A stretch of 64,000 nt of DNA from the human T2T-CHM13v2.0 reference genome, Homo sapiens, in assembly GCF_009914755.1 (NCBI RefSeq), contig NC_060927.1, one strand, 5' to 3'. Under the pieces are notes generated by a model, which saw nothing but the letters and a program-made list of their open reading frames with translations, did not search any database and was not told the DNA's origin. How positions within the stretch are numbered: position 1 is the stretch's first letter; each line of letters starts with the position of its first letter. The translations under genes and the position numbers were made by a program. Below are positions 15,181 through 28,600 of this stretch, piece by piece.

Positions 15181-15822
15181 AGAGCTTAAAGAAACATGTG
15201 ACCATGAGGAAACCATAAACTATGAATAATGTGTTGAGACCAGAAACCCAAAATGATGGTAACTGAGTGGTGCTAAGGCCCTAAGTTTTGGTCACACTCT
15301 CACCTAAGTGAGAACTTGACCAAAAAGGAGGGAAGTTTTTAAAACAAAATTGTGGGAAGTCATTTGTTTTGATTGAGTTCATGCACTCAGCCCCAACAGA
15401 TCAAACCAAACCAAAATGGAGTTGCTTGTGTTAAGACTATAAGGAAACAGATACATTCTAGAACAGACCATGTTTTGTTTTTCTCCTGCAAATCTCTGTA
15501 ACAAACATTCCTGACAACATAGGCATCCACTCCCTGAAGTTCCCATTAAGTCTTTTAACTAAATTCACTTCCTCTGGCCTAGAGACCATCAAGCTTCAGA
15601 TGCTCATGTGACAAGGGTTCCAGCCAGTTCCAGGTGAAGACACCACTCCTAGCCATCAAGGAACTACCCTGTCTCCACTAGACAGAGAAGGGTGAGAGTT
15701 CTGTGATCCTCAACAGATAGGGACCATGCCCCAAGCCAGCATAAAGCAATTACAGAAGAAAGACCATTGGTCTCTCCGCCTCCCATATAGATGTATGGGG
15801 ATCACGCCTTTCACGTGGGGAA

Positions 15823-16373
15823 TGAGGCAGGAGAACAGGGCCTGGAGGCAGGGAACCCTAAGTACTTCTTAAAACTAAATCAAATGGAAACACTTCAGTC
15901 ATGACAAGAAATATCCCCTTCATTTACATAGGGCATACACCTAGGAAATGACTTTGTAACTTTACTTTATGCTCTTCATTGACATAGGGCTTACAACAAG
16001 AAACCAGTGGAAATCTCCAGAGGAAATTTAAACCCCAGAAAATTCTGTAACTCAGCTCTATGCTGGAGCCACTCCCACCCTGTAGAGTGTACTTTCACTT
16101 TCAGTAATTTAAACCCCAGAAAATTCTGTAACTCAACTCTATGCTTGAGCCCACTCCCACCCTGTGGAGGGTACTTTCACTTTCAATAATTTAAACCCCA
16201 GAAAATTCTGTAACTCAGCTCTATGCTTGAGCCCACTCCCACCCTGTGGAGCGTACCTTCACTTTCCATAAATCTCTGCTTTCGTTGCCTCATTCTTTCC
16301 TTGCTTTGTTTGTGCATTTTGTCCAATTCTTTGTCCAAGATGCCAAAAACCTGGACACCCTCCACTGGTAACA
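15823..16373 (+). mobile_element. 3' LTR (MER51B-like) with an internal triplication of about 81 bp
   Basis: TGAGGCAGGAGAACAGGG start, ends ACTGGTAACA. The block AATTTAAACCCCAGAAAATTCTGTAAC...CTTTC occurs at 16025, 16106 and 16188. Confidence 0.9.
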
Positions 16374-17104
16374 ATAGATAGGGGGAATATAGAACAATTT
16401 AAGTAAAAACCAGTTTAGAAGATGTATAAGAATTTTTTCGTTAAAGACTTAAAAGATGTGCCTTTTTTTATCTGTGTCCAGGGAAAAAAACACAAAAATG
16501 AGATATGAACTTTGTCACAAGGAAATCTTGAAATTTCCAAGAAGTGAAACTTTATTGTATGCCTTAAACTTTTAGAAGATATACTAAATCCATAGGTAAT
16601 ATTATAACTAAATTATATAAAGACAGACAAATCCAAAATCTGGTTCTTTGAATGTGTTAAAAAAGATAGAGTAAGAAACAATGTACAGGAAAAACAAGCA
16701 AACAACAATGACAAAAAACAAACAAACAAAAACCATCTCTGAATCTTACTGAACAGAAAAGAGGAGAGATGAAATATACACGTTAGTAGTTAGAGGAGAA
16801 TAAGACCACTCAATAAGTAGAGTTTGAAACAACAGAAGTTTGCTAGGTACAACCCTATGGTGATAGTTATTTATTGTGTATCTAATTACCCTAAAACTTA
16901 GTGACTTAAATCAGCAACATTTTCACTATATCAGTTTCTGTTCCTCAGAAATCCAGGTGTGACTCAGCCGTCTCCCTTGGCTCAGGGCCTTTCTTTCTCA
17001 GAGCTGTGATGAAGGTGTCAACTAGGACTGAAATCATATCAAGCCTCAAGTGAGGGAGGATTTTCATCAATGCTCATCACTTGCTGTTAAGATACCTTTC
17101 TTCC

Positions 17105-17882
17105 AAAAAATGCTCACCATCACTGGCCATCAGAGAAATGCAAATAAAAACCACAATGAGATACCATCTCACACCAGTTAGAATGGCAATCATTAAAAAG
17201 TCAGGAAACAACAGGTGCTGGAGAGGATGTGGAGAAATAGGAACACTTTGACACTGTTGGTGGGACTGTAAACTAGTTCAACCATTGTGGAAGTCAGTGT
17301 GGTGATTCCTCAGGGATCTAGAACTAGAAATACCATTTGACCCAGCCATCCCATTACTGGGTATATACCCAAAGGACTATAAATCATGCTGCTATAAAGA
17401 CACATGCACACTTATGCTTATTGCAGCACTATTCACAATAGCAAACACTTGGAACCAATCCAAATATCCAACAATGATAGACTGGATTAAGAAAATGTGG
17501 CACATATACACCATGGAATACTATGCAGCCATAAAAAAAGATGAGTTCATGTCCTTTGTAGGGATATGGATGAAATTGGAAATCATCATTCTCAGTAAAC
17601 TATTGCAAGGACAAAAAACCAAGCACTGCATGTTCTCACTCATAGGTGGGAATTGAACAATGAGAACACATGGACACAGGAAGGGGAACATCACACTCTG
17701 GGGACTGTTGTGGGGTGGGAGGAGGGGGGAGGGGGGAGCCATAGCATTAAGAGATATACCTAATGCTAAATGACGAGTTAATGGGTGCAGCACACCAGCA
17801 TGGTACATGTATACATATGTAACTAACCTACACATTGTGCACATGTACCCTAAAACTTAAAGTATAATAATAATAAAAAAAA
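17105..17882 (+). mobile_element. L1PA3-like 5'-truncated LINE-1 (about 780 bp)
   Basis: ORF2 C-terminus (ORF 17414-17656), 3' UTR GAGATATACCTAATGCTAAATGACGAGTTAATGGG, poly A. TSD ATACCT(T)TCTTCC at 17092-17104 and 17883-17894. Confidence 0.96.
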
Positions 17883-18071
17883 ATACCTTCTTCCTACGTT
17901 AGACTACTGCCTCAGCTTCTTGTTGATTGTCATGCAGTGGCCTTACTCTGTTTCCTTCGCCATCAGATTCTCCATGGGGTACCTTACAACATGGATGTTT
18001 TCTTCATTAGAATGAGCAACAAGCAAGCAAGGAGAGTTAGAAAGAGAGTGGGAACAAGACCGAGAATAGCC

Positions 18072-18419
<348 letters not shown>

Positions 18420-21099
18420 TAATCACTTTTGTCTTTTTCCGCTGTTTTTAGCAATGTATTAGGTGTTGGTCACACTCAAGGGCATGTGATTATACCAGAG
18501 CATGAATATCAGAAAGAGGCAAGGATCACTGGAATTCAGTTTAGAAAGATGCCTACTGCTGGTGACAAGTTTAAAAACAAAATTTAAGGATTTTTTTATT
18601 TCTAAAAAATAAGGTATCAAAACATACAAAAGGAGAAGTAGGATACTTAAATAGAACAATAAATATAGAAGATATTTCAAATGTGATTATTAATATTATT
18701 AGATTGGTGTTTCATAATTTCTTTCTGTCTTAAGAGAGCAATATTTTAGTTATTTAAACTTTCCAGACTATAAATAAATACTGTATTTTTTGTAATTGTA
18801 TCTAATAAACCTAGAGTGACCTATTGCATCATTTGATTTTACTTACTATATTGTCCCTGCTATTCTTTATCATTATTTGTTCATACATTTTGCTCACATA
18901 TTTGTTTAGTTGTTTCCTTTCTCCCTACTTAACAATTAAGTTCAATGTTCTCTTCCCTGAAAATGCTTCTTCAAACAATATGGTTTCAGTGAAAGTTATA
19001 CATATTATTACCTGTCTCACCAATTATCATCTCCTGCCCTCAGTCATCAAGATAAACACAGAATATAAAAAGGGCAAGTAAAATACTATAATCTTTCCCT
19101 AAGCTATGCCAATTTAGTGCTGATTTGCTGGAAGGATTATCTCTCTGCTTCCTCTTTCTTACAACTTCAGCTACTTGAATTTGTTTTCTATTATTTACAA
19201 TTAGAGAAACCTGACTGGTATAACATCTAACACCCTTTCAATTTCATCACCACTTCAATGCCAATGATCCTTGTTTGTACAACAGCCTCTCCTATATTCC
19301 TATAAGACTTGCACAATTTTGGTTATACAATAGAACTAACATCTGGGTAAATGGGTCATTGGCTTTAGTGCAGGACTAATAGGGAATACAAAGTAGGGAG
19401 TAAACATTGCATCTCAGAATGCATGACTTAGAGGAAGCAGAACATAGGATTGTGCTTCATGGACTCATTGTAAGGCAATACAGTCTCTATGCACACAGAT
19501 AATTTAGATAATTCAATCAGTACCACAGATACAAGGAAGACAGAGAAAACTACAGAAACTGGAAAAATAAAAGGCTTTAATCCCTTTCCAGAGTTTTTAA
19601 ACTTTATTAAGCAAGAGACTTGGAGAAAACCCAATGATAATAAGTGGTAAGAGCAGAACCATAGAAAACATGACCTATTATTATTTAGTTGTCCTATTGT
19701 ACCCCCAGACTGGTGGTATTTTCAGGAGCAATATTTATTTATTAAATTATTAATAAAGAGTCCTTTTGGTATGCTTCCTCAGGATTATAGAGAATAGTAA
19801 TTTCCATTATAGTAAGGATTAGGTGTAATTATATCTCTTAATATCTTCTTACTTTGGATTGTTATTCTTTTTTCCTTGACAGTTTACTGGCTACCTTGAA
19901 GAGTTAGTAAATTCTGTATATACAAGTCATTCTAGTATTATGTCACATTTACAGATACTTAAGGCATAAGTAATTAGATGAAATTTTATGACTTTGTGAC
20001 AATTAATTTACTAATGGCATTTGTTATGTTGGTAAGATTATTGTATGTAACTTAGTTTTTTGAACTTTAGCAGTACTTGATTTTAGAAAAAATTGCATTG
20101 TTTTTCTTTTGAAAGTTCTAATATACGATTTTATGTTGGTTTTGTTTATTATCAGTACTATTACTCAAAAAACGCTGTATGATATTGTTTCACATTAACA
20201 TATTAACTAATCTATCAGGAATTGTATTTCGTGATTTCCTTTTAATTTATATGACTCCAACCTTATATATGAAGTTAGTGAAAAGAGAAGAGTAAACCGA
20301 ATATAGGATAGCTTGTAATCTCAGTAAAGATAATGTTTCATAATAGGCTTAGTACTACTTATCTTCATAAGTATGTAAGATTTAATACTAAAGTTATCCA
20401 CTAAGATGTGAATAAATATTAAAGTAAGTAAGCAAATGATAAAGCATCTAGACTGTATTTAGAATTATTTCAATTATAATCTTGTGATATATCTACTCCT
20501 TGAAACTGTGTCTAGTTATTTTTCTTTCACATTAAAACTATATCCACCATTTTATTTGCTTATTAACATTTGTGAGTTAATGTTTTCCTAACAGTTAAGC
20601 AGAGAAAGTAGTATAAAACGCATTAAATAAAAATAGCTATAGGAAATATCAACTACTTAAAAATTTTTCTGCTTACTAAATCAATTAATTCTTAGGTATT
20701 TGTGAAATATTAATTTCTGCCAATACACAGAAAAATGCATTGAGATTTTTGGTTAGGATTATTTAGGAATTAGTCTGTTTACTAGCATAGTTCTGTGACT
20801 TACCATAACCAGAACCAAAAATAATACAAAACTTGTTTAGCCCAAACATATCCATGATTTGAAATCAACACACAGCCACAGGATATATAGTACTTATCAG
20901 CTAAGATTTGCCATGGGTCAGGAGCCTGACAAATTTGAACTGGGTCCTCTGTTCAGGATCCGACAAGGCTGAAATTAAGTGTTGACTGGGTAAGTTCTCA
21001 ATTTGAGGCTTGACTAGAGAAAAACCTGCTTCCAAACTTTCTCAGGTTGTCGGAAGGAATTGTTTCCTTGCTGTTATGTGACTGATATTCTCATTTCCT

Positions 21100-21850
21100 T
21101 TTAATTTAATTTAATTTTTAAAAATTTTATTTTAAGAATATGTGATAACATACATATCTGTGGGGTACATGTGAGTGTTTGTTACATGTTAAGAATGTGT
21201 AATGATTAAGTCAGGGTAAACGAACTACCCTTCACCTTTAATGTTTACCACTTTTATGTGCTGGTATCATTTCAAGTTTCCCATTCTAGTTACTTTGAAA
21301 TATACATAATGTTATTGCTAAGTCATCTTAGTCCACTATCAAACATTGGAATGTATTTCTTCTATCTGACTGTGTTTTACTCATAACTAACTGTATTAGT
21401 CCATTTTCCGACTGCTGATAAAGACATACCTGAGATAGGAAAATTTACAAAAGAAAGAAGTTTATTGGACTTATAGTTCCACATGACTGGGGAGGCCTCA
21501 CAATCATGGCGGGAGGCAAGGAGGAGCAAGTCATATCCTTCATGGATTGCAGCAGGCAAAAAAAGAGCATGTGCAAGGAAACTCCCATTTTTAAAACCTT
21601 CAGATCTCGTGAGACCAATTCACTATCACGAGAAAAGCATGGGAAAGACCCGCCCCCATAATTCAATCATCTTACTGGGAGAATTATGAGGGCTACAAGA
21701 TGAGATTTGGGTGGGGACACAGAGCCAAACCATATCATCAACCTATCTTCATCCACCACTCCTCTCCTACCCAGTCTCTGCCATCCATTGTTCTATTCTC
21801 TATGTCCATGAGATCAAATTTTTAGCTCCCTCATAGGAGTAAGAACACAC
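21100..21850 (-). mobile_element. L1MA2/3-like 3' UTR fragment, split by THE1
   Basis: T-rich tail; GGGGTACATGTGAG...AATGTGTAATGATTAAGTCAGGGTA. Resumes after THE1 with CCCAGTCTCTG...TCCATGAGATCAAATTTTTAGCTCCC. Confidence 0.85.
21392..21737 (-). mobile_element. THE1 (THE1C-like) MaLR solo LTR
   Basis: TGTATTAGTCCATTTTC...CTGCTGATAAAGACATACCTGAGA...GAGATTTGGGTGGGGACACAGAGCCAAACCATATCA. Confidence 0.93.
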
Positions 21851-21991
21851 CCATTGTTTTTTTTCATAGTCGTGAGCAAGAGACTGCTTTCAGTTTCCAG
21901 GTATCACACTCTGGTTCTTGCCACATGACCCCCATTCCCATAGCTTCTCTCACACTTTAAATATCTTCCCTTAGTAAAGGTCTAATTCCTT

Positions 21992-22319
21992 TTATTTACT
22001 TCTGTATTTATTTATTATTTATTTTTATTTTATTTTATTTTTGAGACAGGGTCTCCCTCTGTCACTCAGGCTGGAGTACAGTGGTGGGTTCTTAACTCCC
22101 TGTAACCTCCGTCTCCCAGGTTCAAGCAATTCTCCTTCTCCCAAGTACCTGGGATTACAGGCATGCACCATGAGGCCCAGCGAAATTTTTTATATTTTTA
22201 GCAGAAATGGTGTTTCACCATGTTGGCCACTCTGGGCCTAAAATCCTGGCCTCAAGTTATCCGCCTGCCTCGACTTCCTAAAGTACTGGGATTACAGGTG
22301 TGAGCTACCACACCTGGCC
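21992..22319 (-). mobile_element. AluJb/Sz-type element
   Basis: (TTTA)n tail and a diverged dimer ending GTGTGAGCTACCACACCTGGCC. Confidence 0.92.
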
Positions 22320-25104
22320 TCCAGTTTCTTTTAAAGGCTCACCTGATTGGATCAGTTCTACCCAAGATAAACTCCTTTTTTTATTATCTCAAAGTCAACT
22401 AATTTGGGATCTTAACTATATCTATGAAATCCCTTTAATTCTGCCTACATTCAAAGGGAGGGGATAATCCAGGGGGTGTAAACCAAAACATAGGAATCTT
22501 GGGAGCCAGTTCTGAATTTTGCCTACCTCAGTGGTTTTGCTGATAGAACATATGTGACTAGGAGAATCCAAAAGGAAAGTTGAAAAACATGCAAATACCC
22601 TTACTTCTTTGTTACAAAGAATTGTATGCAATAATTTTGAAACACTAAAATATATAAAATATTTTAAATTATTTTTCCATCATTCTTGTATAATATAGTC
22701 AGTAGCCTAAATGTTTCAAGATACACAGGTATCTGAAAGTCTTAGTTCATGCCCAGTAAACTCTATACACCAAATTGGATATCTCATTATCTGCTTGATT
22801 ATGGAAATGAAAATTCTCCATTAAAGGATCAAAAATCAAAAAGGTTTCTCTGTTAAGTTCTAATCTTCTTTCTGAAAAGAAACATCTATTTAAATAATAT
22901 AATGATAATAATATATTATACAGTTTCATATTCCCTTGACTTTGCCTACAGAAAACTCTAACTCATATTTCTCCTTATCCATTAAATCTTCACAAGCCTC
23001 TTATATTTATTTTTTACCCCTTCGTCTAGTTCTCATCTAATTTCCAGAGTAGTGCATATTTATGAATCGTTCAATTATTTACAAATACACAGATGATACA
23101 TGCACCTCTTTTAGTGCACACTATCTTACTGGGAAATGTCAAAACTATATTTTAAAACAGAAATTACATCTTCTGAAGTAGAGAGACTAATTGTTGAAAC
23201 ACCATACAAGAATGAATGCAGTTTGGGACTTCATGATAGGTGAGTTCTGAGAAAGTTCTTTTTATGAGTTGGAGGGAGTCCCATCCATTGGGCTGAGAAT
23301 GGTATATGGGCAGTAACTCAATGTATCACGTAGCTGACAAAGAAAAGCAGTAACCATTGGGACTTTAGAAAATGGCACAGTATGGTGTTTGAATCACCTG
23401 AGCAGACAGGAGGAGGTTAGCAAAAGGAAAGTTTTTTTGAGAAAAAGCATGTTCATGTGTATAAAAACACAAGGTAGAAGTCAATCTACTTAAAAATAAT
23501 TGCCAAAATGTTCATATTGGAAAAAAGAATATTGATCAAGATCAGGATTCTACTTCAGTTAGTCCAGTAACAAGGGTGCCTTGCTATTAAATTCCAGAAT
23601 ATCTCCAAAGGTGAAAAATAAAGCTAGAGGCTAAAATTAGGTTTTCCACAGGTGTGGGTCAAATATCACCCTTAAAGAGGAATTAGAAAAAATTAAAGTA
23701 CAAGGCTAGGACTGAATAACAAAAAATCTTTAAATCGATTTGTTTTATAAAATAAAACTATATTTTCTAGTACCAAAATTAATAACACTATGGCTTATTA
23801 AATTATTGAACACATTTTTAATTATCAGAAAATGATTCAAAATAAAATAGTATGTCAGGTTATTTCAATAAGGTATATGTTTAAAGGAGCAGGAATAAAA
23901 TAAAAAATATTTTTTATTAAGTTATCCTCAAATCTTATAAAAATCTTTATTTTGGAGATTATTCAAAGATTTTGAAAAGAATAACTTTTTTAAAGAAAGA
24001 GCTTTTTACTTTTATGACAATAAAAATATTTGGAATAGTAATTTTTAATTGTTCATAGATTTTGATTTGCTTTATAAATCATATGACTTTAAAAATCAAT
24101 TAATATTAAGTATTAGCCAGGATATTTGTTTAATTTCAGAATACACTGAAGAAACTACTTCTTATTGTGATCTGGCACTTTATAGATCTTCTATTCACAT
24201 TCTATCTCTTATAATTGCTTGGCAGTTAAATACAAGTTTGATAATATGTAAAAGCTATACCAGCTAGTACTGTGCATTTGTAATTAACTATGTAATTTTA
24301 AGTGATCAAAATATTGTCCATGACTATGCTCAATTAAAATCTAAAAATTAATTATATTAATATATGCTAAATTTATTAGTGGTTGTGCCTAGGTAGCTAG
24401 GAATTTATTATTGTGTTTATATAGCCATCTGTTCTAATTCCATATCCAAAGTTATTGGACATTATCCAAAAATGTGTAGCTATTGTAGACCTAAAAAATG
24501 TTAGCTGAAATATTTTACTAAACAAATAATAATTTAAAATAGAGCACTCTTTTAGAGTAGAAAAAATATAAACTAGTAAATGAATTTGGGCTATTCATCT
24601 ATAAAACCAGTTTCCCTGAAATTATCTTTAGGGGAAAATCTCATATTCGCTTAATTGCATATAACAAGAGTGTAAAAAAGGGGAAATTAGTAAACGTCTT
24701 TTTCTCAACTCTTTAGTTTTAGTTTCAAAGTTTAAGTTTCACACTCATAAAATCTGCATGTTCTTTGGGTGCTTGATATCACGTTTAAATATTCTGAAGT
24801 AAGATTATGAAAAGACTATTATTTAACGTAAATGACTAGTCTTCATCCCTATGAGTTTCCCTGTGTTTTGATCATCATTGTCATTTTCTGACCATCTGTT
24901 TATTCCGTCACATTAATTGAGGGTATTGGCCCCTGTCTTCTTCCCTCTCCTTTTTAAGTACCATCATTCTTCCTTAATGATTATAGTTTCTATGAGAATA
25001 GCCTCTATTAGCATTTATTACTTTTAAGGTCAATCTCTCTATTTGTGAGCATTAAACAGGTAGTGGTAATCTTGCTCAGCCTCACTCTGGCACCATCTCC
25101 GTGC

Positions 25105-25510
25105 ATGTTAGTCAGGATCCAACCTCTATGAGGTAGAAACCACACAGTAATTTGAAGAGTTTAACATAAAGAACTATTGACTATAGGAAGGGATTAGAGT
25201 AATGAGGAATTGGCTACTGAGAAGTAAAGAGAACTCTAAAGAACACAGGAATAGCATATTGATGTGCAGCTACTACCCTTAGAGCTGAGATAGAACACCC
25301 ATGGAAGAGGATACTCCAGGACAAGATCCAGACCTTGTTGAGGAAGCACAGCCTTGGCCATTGAGTGGCAAATTCACAGGGCTGCTGCCTGAAGAAATTT
25401 CTGGAAAAGTGTCCTCCAGAATTTGCCATAAGTCAACCCCTTAAAGTGTTAAGGAAATCTCCCCACAGGGAGATGTATTATCAGAGGGACTTCTTTAGGA
25501 AACTACCAAA
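25105..25510. mobile_element. Probable ancient solo LTR (family not determined)
   Basis: TGTTAGTCAGG...AGAAACCACACAGTAATTTGAA...GAAGTAAAGAGAACTCTAAAGAA...CTACTACCCTTAGAGCTGAG resembles recalled old eutherian LTR sequence; GC is higher than the flanks. Confidence 0.5.
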
Positions 25511-27509
25511 AGGGGATTTGCATTTGAGTATTATTACCCAAAAAACTATGGAATACAATAATGATTTAGGTTATTGAAATTCTTTGTAAACTAAAATGTT
25601 GAAAAAACTAAAGAGGGCAGAATGTATGATCTACTTGAGCGTATTTCAAAATTAACCAATACAGAAAACTATAATCTGACTGTCTATACAGCATAAAAAC
25701 CAAGTCCTCAATTTTTCCTGTCAATCAATAAATCAGTCATTTCTATGTACTCAAACGGCATTTTAAAAAATTGTTATGTAATTACATCAAAATCATCAAA
25801 TAACTATCATATAAACAGGGAATTAGATGACATTAAAAAAGACAATTATGTAACAAAATACAAAGATTTCAGGAGACATCACTCTCATTAAAATTTAAAA
25901 GTCTGAAAGTAGGAAAATAAAATAAAATTGCATTTTTTAAAATGCAATTTTAAAATGCAATTTTAAAAGTAGTTGACTTTCTACTTTTTTTTATCCTTTG
26001 GCCTTAGTTTAGACTATATTGTTTCATAACTTCAATATATTTGACCCTAGCTCCGAGGTGGGAGTTGGCAAGATGAGAAACTTCAAACCTTGATTTTGAA
26101 ACCCCCAGTTCAAATGTTCTGGGGTGATACTGTGAAGAGACTATCCTTAAAATAAATGATTTGATCTTCAATCAAGAAAAGTGTTAACTTCCTGGAAAGA
26201 TTTCAGTTTCCTGCTCTGAAGTACTCAATTTAGCAATTTCATCAACTTTCACTTAACCATGTTATTGAAGAGAAACAGAGGCATGAATAATCTAAAAGTA
26301 CAGTTAATTTTAAAGGAATATATATGAGATGATTTTCTGCAGTAAGTTTAACTTTCTAGTTATGTTGTATCTCAGCTAATAATAAAATTAGTTTTTCTTC
26401 CTCAGGGTGTAATAATTGGTAGCTAAGTAAAATGATGTGATAAGGGAGAGCCAAGCACTTTTATTAGTTAACATGAAAATATTTTTAAGCAGTACATGCA
26501 TATGTGATGAGTTGAAAATTGCTGATAATAAAGAAAACTTGCTGTGTGTGAAAAGCTGGAGAATCAAAACAACTGACCCTACATTGTGAGATAGACTGGA
26601 CTAAATACATATCCACACTAGTGAGGTGGATAGACTCTACTAGCCAACCTACCATGAGTCAATGTATTTAACAGCATTTTGTAAATTACATAGAATTACA
26701 TAAATACATGAATTGGAGGTTATCAAATGTTACTTTTTTGGTGTGATGCATGAACTTTTCTTAATTTCCATTATTATATGCGTAGAAAGCGCCTTTTTTA
26801 ATGTTATTTTTTCCATGCTTTCTATTTTCTTATTTCCCATTTGATCAGGTAGGCAAGTTCTGTGATTTTTTTTTATCTCAAAGAATGATTCTAGTACAAA
26901 ATTGTTTCCAAAAGCCCAGCCCTACAAAATAATAAGGTTGGCAAGAGATAGTTTCCTATAAATTAAGAAGAGAAACTCTTTGGATGTAGAGCAAAAGAGG
27001 GCATGAGAGAATGGTTTGGGAGAAGTCAAGGAATATGAGGCATACGAAGAGGTCATTGAGGAATTTCCAGCTCATACCAAATCAACAGAAAGCTCAATCT
27101 GCTGAGACAAGTAAGCGTGGAGAAACTACACTAGCTAATGGGAAAGGCACAGTCTAATAACTAACAGCAACAACAAATGCAACCACCTTGAGAAAGCTCT
27201 AGGGAAACTGAAGCCTTTCTAGGAACAGTGTATGTAGTGGTCTGGTGTCTACAAAACTTGATTTGAAGAAGAGAGAGACTACTTTTGAAGAAATAGTTTT
27301 AGTACCATTGCTTTCTTATTCACTGACTGTATCTTAGCAATTAGAGGCAATAGAAAAAATATCAGGACCAAACCTACACTCTATGCATGCGTGAAATTGA
27401 TGGAAACTATTGTGGCTTGACCAGTCATTCATAGTCATTGATTTTTCACCCCGCCCCCAAGATCACTAAGTTTACCAACTGCCAACTCCAAATGTTTCTC
27501 ATAGTCATG

Positions 27510-28600
27510 ATCACGGATATATAAAAATGTAATGCATGATAAAGGTGGTATCACAAATGCATGCAGAAAGAGCAGATTGTTTATTAGATAAGGTTGAGAA
27601 AATTCGCTCATTAAATGGAGAAAAATAAACTTGGATCTCTACCTAACTCCACATAGAAAGGTGGACTCCAGATGGCTTAAAACCTTAATGAAAAATAATC
27701 CCATAAATTCAACAAACTAAAAAAGTTAACTATCATTTTTACTAAGAAACAATGAAGCATGTCTTAAACAATATTTTGAAAGCACTAGCCATGAAACAAA
27801 GCAAACAAAAAGATGAGAGAGTGATGGCATTCAATCAAGATATTAGGACAAAAAGATAAAGGGAGAAAGTGCATAAAACTGATAAGGATTAACATTTAGC
27901 ACGTAGAGATTTTACTAAAATATACTAATGACTATAAATCAATTGATAGCACTCCAAACAGGAAAATGAACCAAGGAGACAAATAGGCAATGTACAGAAG
28001 AGAAAGCTCATAAGCTAAGAAATATATGAAGATATTTTGTAATGTATTAGGAATAAGATAAAGGAGAGTGAGAATACTTAGATATCCCATTAACTTTTAT
28101 CAATAGAACAATTCCAGTTCTGTGAGTTATGGGGATGCAGAGTCGCTGGTGGCCTGCTGGTGTAGCTATTCTTAAGAGCAGTTGATTCCACGTGGTTAAA
28201 TAAATCTACATAACTATTAATACAGGAATTAAATTTTGAGTAAATGAGCCCAAGATATTTTCATATAAGTCCATTGAAAGTATGTACAAGGACTTATACA
28301 ACTTTTGTCTATCCTTAGAAGAATGAATAATTTAAATGTGGTCAAGGCATGTCATGAAATAGTATGTATCAGAAGCAACTAGCTAGTTATACACATAATA
28401 ACATAGATTTATGTTAAAATCCTAGCACTGAGGAAACAAAATAGAAGCAATAGAGTGAAATATATGCCTTAATCTTATGATAATAAATTCAAACTGTGTG
28501 CACTAAAACAACAAGACCTACATTCTAACCATACACACAGCTGAAAATATTCACAGAAGACAGAATAGGTTTTTATGGGGAGAAGGTGAGAAAGAAGAAT
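27510..28600 (+). mobile_element. Very old L1ME-type ORF2 3' end/3' UTR
   Basis: GATAAAGGTGGTATCACAAAT..., AAAATAAACTTGGATCTCTACCTAACTCCACATA...CTCCAGATGG, AAATAGGCAATGTACAGAAGAG. Confidence 0.65.

Larger units (their letters stand above)
20865..22530 (-). mobile_element. MLT1E-type MaLR solo LTR split by L1MA (itself containing THE1) and by an Alu
   Basis: Pieces at about 20865-21100 (GGGTCAGGAG...TGCTTCCAAAC...CAGGTTGTCGG), about 21870-21990, and 22325-22530 (AAAGTCAACTAATTTGGGATCTTAACTA...GAATTTTGCCTACCTCA). Confidence 0.75.

Noticed and set aside
17700-17740. G-quadruplex motif
   Set aside because: This is the standard G-rich tract of L1PA 3' UTRs and is not locus-specific.
19860-20038. 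Possible exon (acceptor at 19882, donor at 20032)
   Set aside because: The body is very AT-rich and intron-like; such site pairs are expected by chance.
23180-23420. GC-elevated island, possibly an ancient LTR or enhancer (a similar island lies at about 28700-29020)
   Set aside because: No terminal motifs or consensus match that I can recognise; needs Dfam and conservation tracks.
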